A stretch of 64,000 nucleotides of DNA from Pseudomonadota bacterium (lineage in GTDB: Bacteria > Pseudomonadota > Gammaproteobacteria > Ga0077536): assembly GCA_043782755.1 (NCBI GenBank), contig JAYWAC010000199.1:8704-72703 (forward strand), given 5' to 3'. Numbering within the stretch: position 1 is the first letter of the stretch; the number at the start of each line of letters is the position of its first letter. Shown here in pieces: positions 39,193 to 50,700 of this stretch. A program made the translations under genes and the position numbers. The notes under the pieces are model-generated. The model did not search any database and was not told the DNA's origin. It was given only the letters and a program-made list of their open reading frames with translations.

Positions 39193-40839
39193 ATGAACGA
39201 CGCCGTCCGCAATCCCTACGAGCAAGACCTCGATCAGGTCCCCGCCAACTATGTACCGCTCTCGCCGCTCAGCATGATCGCGCGCGCGGCGGCGGTCTAT
39301 CCCAATCGGCTGGCGGTGGTGCACGGCACGCGCCGTTACAGCTGGCTGGAAACTTTCACGCGCTGCCGACGACTGGCCTCGGCGCTGTCCAAGCGCGGCA
39401 TAGGCCGCGGCGATACCGTGGCGGTGATCGCGACCAATATTCCGGCTTTCTATGAAGGCTTGTTTGGTATTCCGGCGACCGGCGCAATCATCAATCCGAT
39501 CAACATTCGTCTCGATGCCGAAGCCATCGCCTTCATTCTCGATCACGGCGAAGCCAAGCTCGTGTTGGTCGACACCGAGTTCGCCGCTGTCACGCGCGAC
39601 GCGCTGGCGATGGCCAAGGTCAAACCGCTGGTCATCGACATCGCCGACGAAGACGCGCCTTGTCACGATCGCATCGGCGTCATGGAATACGAAGACTTCA
39701 TCCAGGACGGCGATGCCGACTTCCCGTGGGTGTTACCGGACAACGAATGGCAGGCGATGGCGCTCTGCTATACCTCGGGCACGACCGGCAACCCCAAGGG
39801 CGTGGTCTATCACCATCGCGGTGCTTATCTCAATGCCATCAGCTGCGCGATGGCCTGGAACATGGTGCATCATCCGGTCTATCTGTGGACCTTGCCAATG
39901 TTCCATTGCTGCGGCTGGACCTTTCCGTGGACCATCGCCGCACTGGCCGGCACCAATATCTGTCTGCGCCACATTGCCGCCAAACCCATCTACGACGCCA
40001 TTGCTGATCACAAGGTCACACATTTCTGCGGCGCGCCCATCGTTTTGAATTTCATCATTCACGCGCGCGCCGAGGACAAACGTCCACTGCCGTATACGGT
40101 CGAAGTGATGACCGCCGGCGCGGCGCCGCCGGCGGCAATACTGCGCTCCATGGAAGCCAATGGCTTTCACATCACCCACACCTATGGCCTGACCGAGGTC
40201 TATGGCCCGGCGGTGTTCAATGCGCCGCAGGACGACTGGGTGACACTCGACGAAGAAGCCTATGCCGAAAAACTGATCCGCCAAGGCGTGCGCTATCACG
40301 TGCTGGAAGATCTGGAAGTCATGGACCCGGAAACCATGCAGCCGGTGCCGCGCGATGGCGAGACACTGGGCGAAGTGATGTTCAAGGGCAATGTCGTGAT
40401 GCGCGGCTATCTCAAGAACAAAAAGGCCACTGAAGAATCATTGGCCGGCGGTTATTTTCATTCCGGCGATCTGGCGGTGATGTATCCCGATGGTTACATC
40501 CAGATCAAGGATCGCTCTAAGGACATCATCATTTCCGGCGGCGAGAACATTTCGTCCATCGAAGTGGAAGAAGTGTTGTACAAGCATCCGGATATTCTCG
40601 AAGCGGCAGTGGTTGCGCGCCCCGATGAGAAATGGGGCGAGACGCCCTGCGCCTTCGTGACCCTGAAGCCGGGTGCGGGCGAAGTGAGCGCCCAGCAGAT
40701 CATCGCCTACTGCCGCGAGAAGCTCGCGCACTTCAAGGCGCCGAAGACCATCGTGTTCTGCGATCTGCCAAAGACCGCGACCGGCAAGATTCAGAAGTTC
40801 AAGTTGAGGAAGGATGCGGAGGCGATGGGGAGTCGGTAA
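39193..40839 (+). CDS. AMP-dependent acyl-CoA synthetase/ligase (medium-chain type)
   Basis: AMP-binding motif YTSGTTGNPKGV, adenylation core, and C-terminal lysine region. ATG at 39193. Confidence 0.85.
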   Translation: MNDAVRNPYEQDLDQVPANYVPLSPLSMIARAAAVYPNRLAVVHGTRRYSWLETFTRCRRLASALSKRGIGRGDTVAVIATNIPAFYEGLFGIPATGAIINPINIRLDAEAIAFILDHGEAKLVLVDTEFAAVTRDALAMAKVKPLVIDIADEDAPCHDRIGVMEYEDFIQDGDADFPWVLPDNEWQAMALCYTSGTTGNPKGVVYHHRGAYLNAISCAMAWNMVHHPVYLWTLPMFHCCGWTFPWTIAALAGTNICLRHIAAKPIYDAIADHKVTHFCGAPIVLNFIIHARAEDKRPLPYTVEVMTAGAAPPAAILRSMEANGFHITHTYGLTEVYGPAVFNAPQDDWVTLDEEAYAEKLIRQGVRYHVLEDLEVMDPETMQPVPRDGETLGEVMFKGNVVMRGYLKNKKATEESLAGGYFHSGDLAVMYPDGYIQIKDRSKDIIISGGENISSIEVEEVLYKHPDILEAAVVARPDEKWGETPCAFVTLKPGAGEVSAQQIIAYCREKLAHFKAPKTIVFCDLPKTATGKIQKFKLRKDAEAMGSR

Positions 40840-40875
40840 AGGCTCAGCGCCGAATCCGGGTTTACCTCCCCCCTC

Positions 40876-40903
40876 TGTGGGTCCGACTTCAGTCGGGCCC
40901 ACA
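40876..40903. terminator. Stem-loop (11-bp stem GTGGGTCCGAC/GTCGGGCCCAC, 4-nt loop) in a convergent intergenic region; possible bidirectional terminator/REP-associated hairpin
   Basis: Near-perfect inverted repeat 37 nt past the acyl-CoA synthetase stop. No U-tract, so not a canonical intrinsic terminator. Confidence 0.35.
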
Positions 40904-40926
40904 ATGAAATGTGTAGATAGAAGGAT

Positions 40927-40952
40927 GGATGTGCGATTGAATTCGCACATCC
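40927..40952. repeat. REP-like palindrome (GATGTGCGATTGAATTCGCACATC)
   Basis: Same GTGCGA...TCGCAC family core; sits between the convergent acyl-CoA ligase and leuD genes. Confidence 0.7.
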
Positions 40953-40965
40953 CAAGGCACTGCCT

Positions 40966-41604
40966 TCAAGCAAACAACCAGGGGGCTTCCGCCTTCTTCT
41001 TCGTCTCATAGGCCTTGATGTCATCGGCATACTTCAACGACAAGCCAATGTCATCGAGACCATGCAGTAGACGCTCTTTCAAATCCGCCTTGAAATCGAA
41101 CTTGTATAGCGCGCCACTCGCCGTGGTCACTGTCTGCGCGACGAGGTCGACCTTAAGCTTGTAGCCCGGCGTTACCGCCACTTGCTGGAACAGCAGATCG
41201 ACCACCGCGTCCGGCAAGGTCAGTGGCAGGAGACCATTCTTGCAGGCGTTACTAAAGAAGATGTCGGCATAGCTCGGCGCAATCAGCGCGCGAATGCCGA
41301 AATCATATAACGCCCACGGCGCATGTTCGCGCGATGAACCACACCCAAAGTTATCACGCGCCAGCAGGATCTCGGCGCCCTTGTAGCGCGCCTGATTCAG
41401 CGCGAAGTCTGTGTTCAAAGGCCGCTTGCTGTTGTCTTGATCCGGTTCGCCCTTGTCGAGATAACGCCATTCGTCAAACAGGTTCGGACCGAAGCCGGTG
41501 CGCTTGATCGACTTCAAGAACTGCTTGGGAATGATCGCGTCGGTGTCGACGTTGGGACGATCGATGGGCACGACCAGGCCGTGCAATTGCGTGAATGCCT
41601 GCAT
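40966..41604 (-). CDS. leuD: 3-isopropylmalate dehydratase small subunit
   Basis: Full-length LeuD-type aconitase swivel domain. Confidence 0.93.
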   Translation of the reverse strand: MQAFTQLHGLVVPIDRPNVDTDAIIPKQFLKSIKRTGFGPNLFDEWRYLDKGEPDQDNSKRPLNTDFALNQARYKGAEILLARDNFGCGSSREHAPWALYDFGIRALIAPSYADIFFSNACKNGLLPLTLPDAVVDLLFQQVAVTPGYKLKVDLVAQTVTTASGALYKFDFKADLKERLLHGLDDIGLSLKYADDIKAYETKKKAEAPWLFA

Positions 41605-41607
41605 GAT

Positions 41608-43008
41608 TCAAAACTCCCGCACGTCGACGAAGTGACCGGCGATAGCGGCCGCTGCGGCCATCGCCGGGCTGACCAGATGGGTGCGCCCATTGCGACCCTG
41701 ACGACCTTCGAAATTACGATTCGAGGTGCTCGCGCAACGCTCGCCCGGCTCGAGTTGATCGGGATTCATACCCAGACACATCGAGCAACCCGGTTCGCGC
41801 CAATCGAAACCCGCGTCGCGAAAGATCTTGTCCAAACCTTCCGCTTCGGCCTGTTGCTTGATCAGGCCCGAGCCCGGCACCACCAGCGCGGCCTTGACCG
41901 AGGCCGCACGCTTACGCCCTTTCACCACCGCCGCCGCCGCGCGCAAGTCTTCGATGCGCGCATTGGTGCAGGAGCCAATGAAGATCTTGTCGACCGCAAT
42001 GTCGGTGATGGGCGTGCCCGCTTTCAGATCCATGTACTTCAGCGCATTGCGCATGCCGATGCGACGCGTCTCATCGCTGGCCGCTTCCGGATCCGGCACC
42101 ACGTCGCCGATGGCGACCACCATTTCCGGCGACGTGCCCCACGACACCTGCGGTTCGATTTCATCACCGTTAATAGTGATCTCGGTGTCGAACTTCGCAT
42201 CGGCATCAGAATGCAGATCCTGCCATTGCGCCACGGCTCTCTCCCAATCTGCACCACTCGGCGCATAGGGACGACCGTTGACGTAGTCACGCGTGATGTC
42301 ATCGAACGCGATGAGACCCGCACGACCGCCGGCCTCAATGGACATATTGCACACCGTCATGCGCCCTTCCATGCTCATCGCGCGTATCACCGGGCCGGCG
42401 TATTCCATGGTGTGGCCGGTGGCACCGGCGGTGCCGATCATGCCGATGATGTGCAGGATGAGATCCTTGGGCGTCACGCCACGCGAGAGCGCGCCGTTGA
42501 CGGTGATGCGCATGTTACGGGCCTTGCTCAGCACCAGACATTGGGTGGCGAGCACATGCTCGACTTCCGAGGTACCAATGCCGAAGGCCCAGGTCGCCAG
42601 TGCGCCGTTGGTGGCGGTATGGGAATCGCCACAAACGATGGTCATGCCGGGCAAACTCCAACCCTGTTCGGGACCGGTGACGTGCACGATACCCTGACGG
42701 ATGTCACCGATGTCGTGATGCAGGATGCCGTAGGTCTTGCAGTTCTTGGACAAGGTATCGAGCTGCAGACGCGCTATCGGGTCCTTGATATTCGTGACGT
42801 CCTCGGTCGGCACGTTGTGATCCGACACCGCCTTGGTCCCGGTCACGCGCCACAGCGGGCGGTTGGCCAGCTCCAGACCCTCGAAGGCCTGCGGCGTGGT
42901 GACCTCATGAGCGATGTGACGGTCGATGTAGACCAGCGCCGAGCCATCGTCGAACTCACGCACGAGATGGGACTGCCAGAGCTTGTCGTAGAGGGTTTTT
43001 CCAGCCAT
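41608..43008 (-). CDS. leuC: 3-isopropylmalate dehydratase large subunit
   Basis: Aconitase catalytic domain (VCGDSHT, GSCTNAR, cluster cysteines); 466 aa; 3-nt gap to leuD. Confidence 0.93.
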   Translation of the reverse strand: MAGKTLYDKLWQSHLVREFDDGSALVYIDRHIAHEVTTPQAFEGLELANRPLWRVTGTKAVSDHNVPTEDVTNIKDPIARLQLDTLSKNCKTYGILHHDIGDIRQGIVHVTGPEQGWSLPGMTIVCGDSHTATNGALATWAFGIGTSEVEHVLATQCLVLSKARNMRITVNGALSRGVTPKDLILHIIGMIGTAGATGHTMEYAGPVIRAMSMEGRMTVCNMSIEAGGRAGLIAFDDITRDYVNGRPYAPSGADWERAVAQWQDLHSDADAKFDTEITINGDEIEPQVSWGTSPEMVVAIGDVVPDPEAASDETRRIGMRNALKYMDLKAGTPITDIAVDKIFIGSCTNARIEDLRAAAAVVKGRKRAASVKAALVVPGSGLIKQQAEAEGLDKIFRDAGFDWREPGCSMCLGMNPDQLEPGERCASTSNRNFEGRQGRNGRTHLVSPAMAAAAAIAGHFVDVREF

Positions 43009-43180
43009 GTGAATGACGCTCGAGCTTGCGAAGGGCGGCTAGTCTACCATCGCCGCAGCAGGCTTGACCTCGCGCCACGAACAGACAGGAAGAGGCTGGG
43101 GACGAAGCTTGGGATGGCCGTCGCAACTCGGCTAAGATGCGAGGCCATCGCGCCTTGCCACGGCCCGGAGAACATGACCG

Positions 43181-43684
43181 ATGCACGACAAGAAACGCTA
43201 CATCGCGGGCCTGCTGCTGCTGGTCGCAAGCCACGCCTATGCCGACTTCAACGATGGCGTGGTGGCGCTGATGGCGGGCAAGTTCGAGACCGCACTAAAG
43301 GTCTTCGTGCCGCTCGCAGAGACCAATAATCACGCCTATGCCCAATACTTCCTGGCGCGCATGTACGAGCGCGGTGAGGGCGTGCCCCAGGACCGCAAAG
43401 CCGCAGCCAAGTGGTATCGCAAGGCCGCCGAGCAAGGGGTCAACGATGCCCAGTTCCACCTCGCCACGATGTACGAAAATGGCGACGGCGTGCCCAAGGA
43501 TATGGAATACGCCTATGGCTGGTACAGCGTCGCGGCCCACCTCGGCAGCGCCAAGGCCGGGCCGGCCCTGGAGCACACTAAGAACCAGTTGCGCGGGGAT
43601 GAGCTGGTCGAGGCCGACAAGCTGTCGCGGGAATTGATTACGAAATACGGCACGGTGCCGGAAAGTACATCGCGCGCGCAATGA
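43181..43684 (+). CDS. Sel1-repeat (SLR/TPR-like) secreted protein
   Basis: Signal peptide; three Sel1 repeats (AQYFLARMYERGEGVPQD, AAKWYRKAAEQG, AQFHLATMYENGDGVPKD). Confidence 0.7.
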   Translation: MHDKKRYIAGLLLLVASHAYADFNDGVVALMAGKFETALKVFVPLAETNNHAYAQYFLARMYERGEGVPQDRKAAAKWYRKAAEQGVNDAQFHLATMYENGDGVPKDMEYAYGWYSVAAHLGSAKAGPALEHTKNQLRGDELVEADKLSRELITKYGTVPESTSRAQ

Positions 43685-43982
43685 GCGTGGCGGGACAGAT
43701 GACAGATCGACTCAGACCCGCAGATTGACGTAGGAACCCTTGCTGCGGGAATCGGCGCCACCGCCCATGCGCGCGATGAGCGCGCCGAGCAGGCCGGCCG
43801 GTGAATTGCTCGACGCGCTGCGCTCACGCGCCGCCTCGTCTACCGGTCTGACGTAGACATTGGACCTGAGATTCGCGCGCTCATCGCGCGGCGCATCGGC
43901 GCTGAAGCGGCGATAGGAAGCCGACAACGCTCTGTCTGCCCTCGCCGTTGAACCTACCGCTCCGATAGCCATGGCTCGCTAC

Positions 43983-44762
43983 TTATTCCTTGGCGCCGCG
44001 CTTGCGCGCACGGGTCTTGGGTGCATCGGCCGGTGGGTCGACCAATTGCATGAGTTTGTCGAGGTTGGCGAGCGAGTACATGTGTTGATAGATCAGATCG
44101 AGATAACCCTGGTCCATGAATTCCTTGAGCTGCTCGGGCTTAAGCTTCTGCAGGCGCTCGCGCGTCACACAGAAAAAGCCACTCAATGAGTAAGTGCCCC
44201 CAGAGTTTAGTGAAATATTCGCCTGGGTGGAATCCAGCAGGTCAGCCTTGACGAGGGCATCACAGAATCTGGTCGTGGCCTGGGTGGCAAGCAGGAAGTC
44301 CTGCAGAAATTTGACGCTGTTGGCGAGATAGGGGCTCTGCTCACCGCCCTCGGCCAGCAGACGCTCGCCCTCTTTGGCGGTGTTGAAGCCCGAATAGGTC
44401 TCGTCGATGCAGACCGTATATTGCTCGGGATTGGCATCGGTATTGGCCAGGATATAGGGATAACGGCGCAGGTAGGCCGGCACGTAGGTACCCTGCCAGG
44501 CGCCGTCGACGCCGATCAAGAGGTTCTGATCGGTGGCAATGCCGAGCAGCACCGTCGGCACCGCCACACCACTGCTGTCGCGCGCGAACACCACGGCATA
44601 TTCGCGCGCTGCGATCGCGAATTCGCTGGCGGCGAGATAGATGGAATTGGTCCCTGCGGCGAAGGAATAGCCTTGGTCGGAGTCGATGTACCAGTCGGCG
44701 TGGCGCTCGCGATTGAGCGCCGTGACGTTGCGGTACAGGAGCGGGAGTAAGGGTTCGGCCAT
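43983..44762 (-). CDS. SapC-family protein
   Basis: Matches the SapC family pattern as I recall it (YSFA, EF..AA..Y..VF, W.G.YVPAYLRRYPY.LA). Start ATG at 44762 is 1 nt after the TpsA TGA stop. Confidence 0.5.
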   Translation of the reverse strand: MAEPLLPLLYRNVTALNRERHADWYIDSDQGYSFAAGTNSIYLAASEFAIAAREYAVVFARDSSGVAVPTVLLGIATDQNLLIGVDGAWQGTYVPAYLRRYPYILANTDANPEQYTVCIDETYSGFNTAKEGERLLAEGGEQSPYLANSVKFLQDFLLATQATTRFCDALVKADLLDSTQANISLNSGGTYSLSGFFCVTRERLQKLKPEQLKEFMDQGYLDLIYQHMYSLANLDKLMQLVDPPADAPKTRARKRGAKE

Positions 44763-44763
44763 A

Positions 44764-47700
44764 TCAATACCGGCGATGCAGGGTCGGAAGGATGACGTCG
44801 CCACTCCAGATTACAGCGCCCTCGGCGTCGAGTCTGACGAGCCCAGCGAGCTGGTTGACGGCGCTCGGCGCCAGGACTTCGTTCAACAGTTCGGTGTCGG
44901 GCAGTTCCTCGAGTTCGTCGAAATCATCAGCCGGCGCCGCGTCTTTTTTGGCGGGCGGCGCAGTGGGCTTGGTCGTCGGGCGCGCGGCGGGTGCGGGACT
45001 CTGCTCCAGAGTCTCGAAACCTTCGTCGACATCGGCGGGCGGCGGCTCGGGCGCGGCCTTGACCGGCGGCGTCGCAGGCGCCTCCTCCAGCGGCGCGAAC
45101 AGGTCTTCGCTGCCCTCCTCCAGGGACGGCAGATCGGCGGCGGGCGCCGCCTTGCTGTCCTTGCCAGCCGCGGCGGCGGGCGGCTGTGCACCGGTGTCTG
45201 GCTTTTCCTCGGCCTCGATCACGTCCTGGAATTCGTCACCACCGACGTCGTTCTTTTTCTGCTTCTCGAGATAGGCGTGCAGCTGGGTCTGGTAGTCGCG
45301 ATAGCTGGCGAGTTCTGCGCGGTACTGGCTGAGCAGCGCTTCGCCCTTGTCCTTTGGTGTCGCGCCACTCGCCATCGATTTCTCAATGGCGGCAATGCGC
45401 TGATCGAGACCGTCAATCAAGGTGGCCAATTGCTCCTCGGTGACACTGGGCGCACAACCCTCGGCGTCTTCGCACTGATCCAGCGACTTGGCGATACCGT
45501 CGCCCATCACCCCGAAGAGCGTGAGGTCTTCCTCGAACAGCGAGGAATCGACGAAGGCCACGGCTTGCAGAATGGTGAGAATGGCCGCCGGGTTGGGAAA
45601 GGACGCGCGGGTGTTCTGCAACAGATTGGCCGGTGCACCAAGCGCGGTCAGCGAACCGATAAGAGCGGTGGCGGTGACGTTGGTGGTCGACGCTTGCGCG
45701 CGTGACCGAACGTTGAAGTCGATGCGGGTCTTGGTGGCGCGCGCACCCTGCGCGACCAGCACTTCGCCACCCGCCAGATTCATGATCATGTTGGTCGAGT
45801 TCTGCACTTCATTGGTCGCGGCCAGCATCACGCGCCCACCGGTGAAGGTCACGGTATTGCCGCTGGTGGGTGCACTGATATTGCCGAGCTTCACACCACC
45901 GGGTAATCCATCATTGCCGGCCTGCACCTTGTCGCCCAGCGCCATCACGACGATGGTGCCATCACCCGGCGCGCCGGCGCCGACGGTGATGTTGTTGCCC
46001 TTGGAAAAATCCACCGTGCTGCCGATCAGCAGCAGATTGCCACCGGTCAAGAGCGATTCCGAGACCGTGATGTAGTCGGCCGGTGCGGACAACACCGTAC
46101 CTTTCAGGACATCGCCACCGGGCGCCGCAGCGAATTGACCGCCGATGGCGAGCGTGCCCTTGAAGTTACCGAACTTGTCAGCGGCGATGTGACCGGGACC
46201 ATCAACCAGGTCGATGAACATATCGGTGTTGGCGGTCGGCACGATGCTGAGCGTCACGCCGACATCGGCCAAAACCTGGTCGTTGAAATCAAAGATGTTG
46301 CTGGAGGACGCCAGCTTGACCGTGTTCTTGATGGTCAAGGGGCCATTGAAATGCAGATCCTGTGCGCTGACATCGACACCCAGTATCGTGGCGCCGTTGA
46401 AATTTAGATTGCGTCCGGTGACGGCACCCTGCAGCTCGGCGTTGGCACCGAAGCGCACATCACGCGCAGTGATGTTGCCGCGCAGCAGGGTATCGCCGTC
46501 GTAGCTTTGATCGGCGCCATTGGTCACGACGTTGTCGAAAGTTGCCTTGCCGCCCGCGACGTTCGATCCGAAGGCGCCATTGACCGTCACGTTGCCGCGC
46601 ACGGTGATGTCACCACTGCCGGTCGCGGTCAAGGTCAGCGGCGCGTTGTTGTTGATGTCGCCGACCACACGCAGGCCGAGATTGCCGACGTCGACATTGC
46701 TCTGGGCGAAACTCAAGCTGCTGGCAGTGACCGTGCCAACGACAGACGCTGGCGCGCCCGGCACGCTCAACACGCCGTTGCCGCTGGTGGTCAGAGCGTC
46801 GACGCCGCTGAACGCCAATTGATCGCTGGCCGCGCCGGGCACACCGCGCAACACGCCGGCGCCATCGCTGCTCAAGATCCAGGTCGCATCGACCAGTGAC
46901 TTCAATTCGTCCTTGGCGCCGGCGCCCATGTTGATAGTGTTGGTGGTACCGCTAGGCGCACCGGTCAAGGTCACGGCGTCGTTGCCGCTGCCGAGAGTCA
47001 AGGTTTCGACACCGGAGAAATCACCGGCGAAGGTGCTGCTGGTGGCGTTCATGCCCGCGTTCGTAGCACTGCTGATGCGCGCCGTGATGGCGGAGGTATA
47101 GGCACTCACGTCGACCAGGTCATTGCCCGCACCGAGATTCAAGCTACCAGCCACGCGCGCGCCGGCGCCAAAGGTCACGGTGTCATTACCGCCATTGGTG
47201 AGGATATTGCCGGCCCAGGTCGTGCCGGCCTGCAGCGTGACCGCGTCGCCGCCGGTTTCGCTGAAGCCAGTGGTCAGGCTCAAGCCGGCGTCACCGATGT
47301 GATTGATATTGATGGCGGAAGTAGTGGCCGCACCGCTGCTGCCGGTGATAGTCACCGTCAGCGCGTTCGCGCCGGTCACGGTGAATTGATCGGCGCCACT
47401 GCTGCCCAGCATGAAGTTGTGGGTGCTGGCGGTGCCGGCGACGAAATCGCCGCCGTCGATACCAACGAACAACTGCGGCGTGATATTGGACGACCCTTCT
47501 TCCTTGAAGATGAAGATGTCGCGCTTGTTGCCGCCACGGATGCTGAAGTTCTCAAAGGTGGTAGTGGCGGTAGCAAAGGTATTGCCGTAACGGCCGCGAC
47601 CGTTGCCGGTGATAATCCACACGGTGTCGATGTCGGCACCCTGCAATTGCGTGCCATTACCGATCACCCCATCGACGTCGAAATAAGTACCGCTGATCAG

Positions 47701-50700
47701 CGGCAGATCGGGCGGGCTGCTGATGGTGGCATCACGCACCGTGCCGGCCTGGCCACTGCCGGAGTCGTTGTCGGTCACGGCATTGACCAACACCAGATCC
47801 GAACCACTGTAGTCAAGCGTGTCGACACCGGTGCCGAGATTGATGCTGCCTATCAGGCGTGAAAATTCGCCAGAACTGGGGTTGGTTGGCGGTGAAGTCT
47901 CATGTGCGCCAAACAACACCGTGTCATTGCCATTCTCACCGAGAATGTTGGCGGTCAAGGTGGTATTGCTGCCGCCGTTAGCGATGATGATGAACACATC
48001 ATTGCCCGCGCCGCCGGCCAATTGGCCGAAACTGAGTGCGCCGCCGGTCGCAGCGGTGAAGGTATCAACCGCGCTGCCACCCTGTAGATTTTCAAAGTCC
48101 GTGAAGGTGAATTCTGGCGTGCCGTCCGGCGCGCCGTTAGGCGTGTCGTCGATCGTGCCCGCGCCGCTGCCGGTCAGATCCCACGCACTCTGCTGGTTGC
48201 GGCCCACCAATTTGTCGTTGGTGGCGGCGCTACCGATGAAGGATTCAAAGCCACTGAAATTCGCGAAGGTCGAGCTGCCATCGGCGGCGCTGCCGCTCTG
48301 CAGATTGACGGTGACCGCAGTGCCGCGCGTCTGATAAGTGAAGGTATCAAGGCCAGCGCCACCATCGACATTGCCGCTCACCGATCCCGCCACGGCGATG
48401 GTCACGCTATCGGCGCCACTGCCACCTTGCAGTTGTTCAAAGCCGGAAAAGTCGAACTCAACTGAACTCGGTGCGCCGACCGAGGTGTCATCAATGGTGC
48501 CGGCATTGGCGCCGGTCACGGTCCAGTTGCTGTCGTTATCAGTGCCGATCAGCCTGTCACCGCTGCCACTGCCGCCGACCAAGGTTTCGATGTTGGCGAA
48601 GTTGCCAATGTCGGTTGCGGTGAGATTGGCGAGATCGATCGTGACGGCGGTGGCGCGCGTCCCATAGCTGAGAGTGTCGTGACCACCGAGGCCGTCGATG
48701 GTGCCGCTCAAACTGCCACCGGTAGCGAGATTAAAGGTGTTGGCGCCGGCATTGCCTGTCAGGTTTTCGATGCCCGACCAGGTGCCACTCAAACCAGATG
48801 CCGTGCCACTGTTGGCGCCAGTCACGGTGTAAGTGTTGTTGCCGGCGAGCGTATCGTTGCCAGCACCACCGATGACCGTCTCGACGGCGGTGAAACTATC
48901 GACCACCAGACCATTGCCTATGCTGCCGGCATTGAGCGCGGTGGAGATGAAATCGAGATCGACGCCAAGGCCGCTGGCATCGATGCGATCGCCACTCGAC
49001 GCACCACCGACAATGGTGAAACCGCCGGGCGCGGTCGCGCTGACGATTTCATCGATGTTGAAATTCGAGGCCGTGCCGCTCTGACCAAAGCTGGCATCGA
49101 GGCTACTGACGGTGAGCGTGTTGCTGGTGAAATTCAGATCGCGCGCGGCGACCAGCGTGAAGTTGTCGGTCGCGACGTCGGTATAGGGGCCGGCCAGGGT
49201 CAGCGCAGCGCTAGCACCGGTAGTACGAATATCGACGCTGTCGGCGCCTGCGCCGGTGTCAAGATTCTCGACTGTCAACGAGACCGCCGAGGTGACGAAC
49301 ACATCGCCGCCGGAAGTCGCCTCCAACGCACTGCCACCAGTCAAGGCCACTCCCAGCGCGTTGACGCGGCTCACACCAAGGGTGCTGCCAGCGTCAAGTA
49401 TCAGGTTGGCACCACCACTCTTGGCCAGCACCGCACCGGCGGTGTCGCGTATCGCGCCGCTGCCGGCGGTGATGGTCTGTGCACCCGCACCATTGAAGGT
49501 GCTGGTGCCGGCGCCCTGGAAGATCACATTGCGCGCGGCACTCAAGTCGCTGTTGGTGGTGATGTTGTCGGCGATGATCAAATCGTCGCCCGCGCTCTGC
49601 ACATCGATGTCGCCAGTGGCGGTGATGGCCGTGCTGCCGGCAAGGATGAGATTGCCGGCCGCGCCGGCGGTCTTGGTCAAGCCGACGGTCGACAGCGTGC
49701 CGCCCTGCGCGTCCAGAGTCTGCGCCACCGCGCCATCCAGCGTGCCGACGCCAGCGAGAGTGATATTGCCGCTGGCGGTCAAATCACCGGCCAGCTCGAA
49801 GGCGTTGTTGATCGAGAGGTTGCCGTCGTTGACCGCGACATCACCGCTGATGTGGATGAACGTCGGGCTGACCAAGGTGAGGTTGCCGTTCGACGCCTTG
49901 CTCAAGGAATCGATGGTCAAGCTGCCGCTGCCATCGGTGCCGGCACGCAAGGTTTGATTGGCGCTACCGCTGGCGGCCACCACCACAGTGATGCCGGACA
50001 AGTCGAGATCATCGGCCGCCGCCAATGAACCCAAGCCGAGGTCGAGCGTGCCACTGCCGCCACCGAGTGAGCCGATGGTGGCGTTCTGATCGTTGATGTC
50101 AAACGTTGCACCGACCGCGATCGTGATCGCACCGGCATTGCCGACGCCGCCGGCCGCACCGAGCTTGAGTACACCGGCATTGATCTGCGTGTCGCCGGCA
50201 TAGCTGTTGTTGCCGGACAGCACCAGGGTATCGGGTCCGATCTTGCTCAGAGTATTGCCGGCGCCACCGCTGATAGTGCCGCTTATCGTGAAATCGATAT
50301 TGCCTGCCGCGCCGTCGTCGACGTTGATAGTGGCGGCCGTGGCGAGATTCACCGCGCCGCTCAAGGTGCCTGTATTGCTCGCTTTCAAAGCGCCGCTGCC
50401 ACCATCGCCATTGCCGTTCAGGCTGAGATCCTCGTTGGAGGTGCCGGTGAAGGCGACTTCCAAAGTACCGCCATTGACGGTCGTGCTGCCGGTCGCGCTG
50501 CCGAGACTCGCGGTCGACGCGGCGCGCAGCGTGCCGCCCGAGATCAGTGTTACGCCGTTATAACTGCCGGTGCCGACGGTCAGCGTTTGGGTGCCGCTGC
50601 CTGACTTGCTCAGCGACAAAGTATCGCCACCGACTTCAGTGATATCACCTGCGTAGCTGCCGCCACCGCCGGAAATATCCAAGCTCGCGGTATCGGCGAC

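Noticed and set aside
40876-40903. Canonical Rho-independent terminators after convergent gene ends (also 37290..37309, 12096..12114)
   Set aside because: Good GC stems exist but none is followed by a U-tract. Reported only as low-confidence structured elements/REP-associated hairpins.
41437-43329. 630-aa + strand ORF spanning leuD/leuC
   Set aside because: Antisense to unambiguous full-length leuC and leuD; Arg/Ala/Gly-rich with no domain signature.
43712-43972. 86-aa ORF 10 nt downstream of the SapC-like gene (and overlapping + ORF 43971..44189)
   Set aside because: Ala/Arg/Ser-rich with no motifs and no RBS. Considered as a possible extra small partner (immunity-like) gene but not supportable from sequence alone. 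Worth a look only if transcript or proteomic data exist.
44764-45100. Possibility that tpsA-sapC is a CDI (cdiA-cdiI) toxin/immunity pair
   Set aside because: No VENN/pre-toxin motif or recognisable toxin domain at the TpsA C-terminus, which is Pro/Glu-rich low complexity. SapC-like is about 259 aa with its own conserved family signature rather than a typical small immunity protein.
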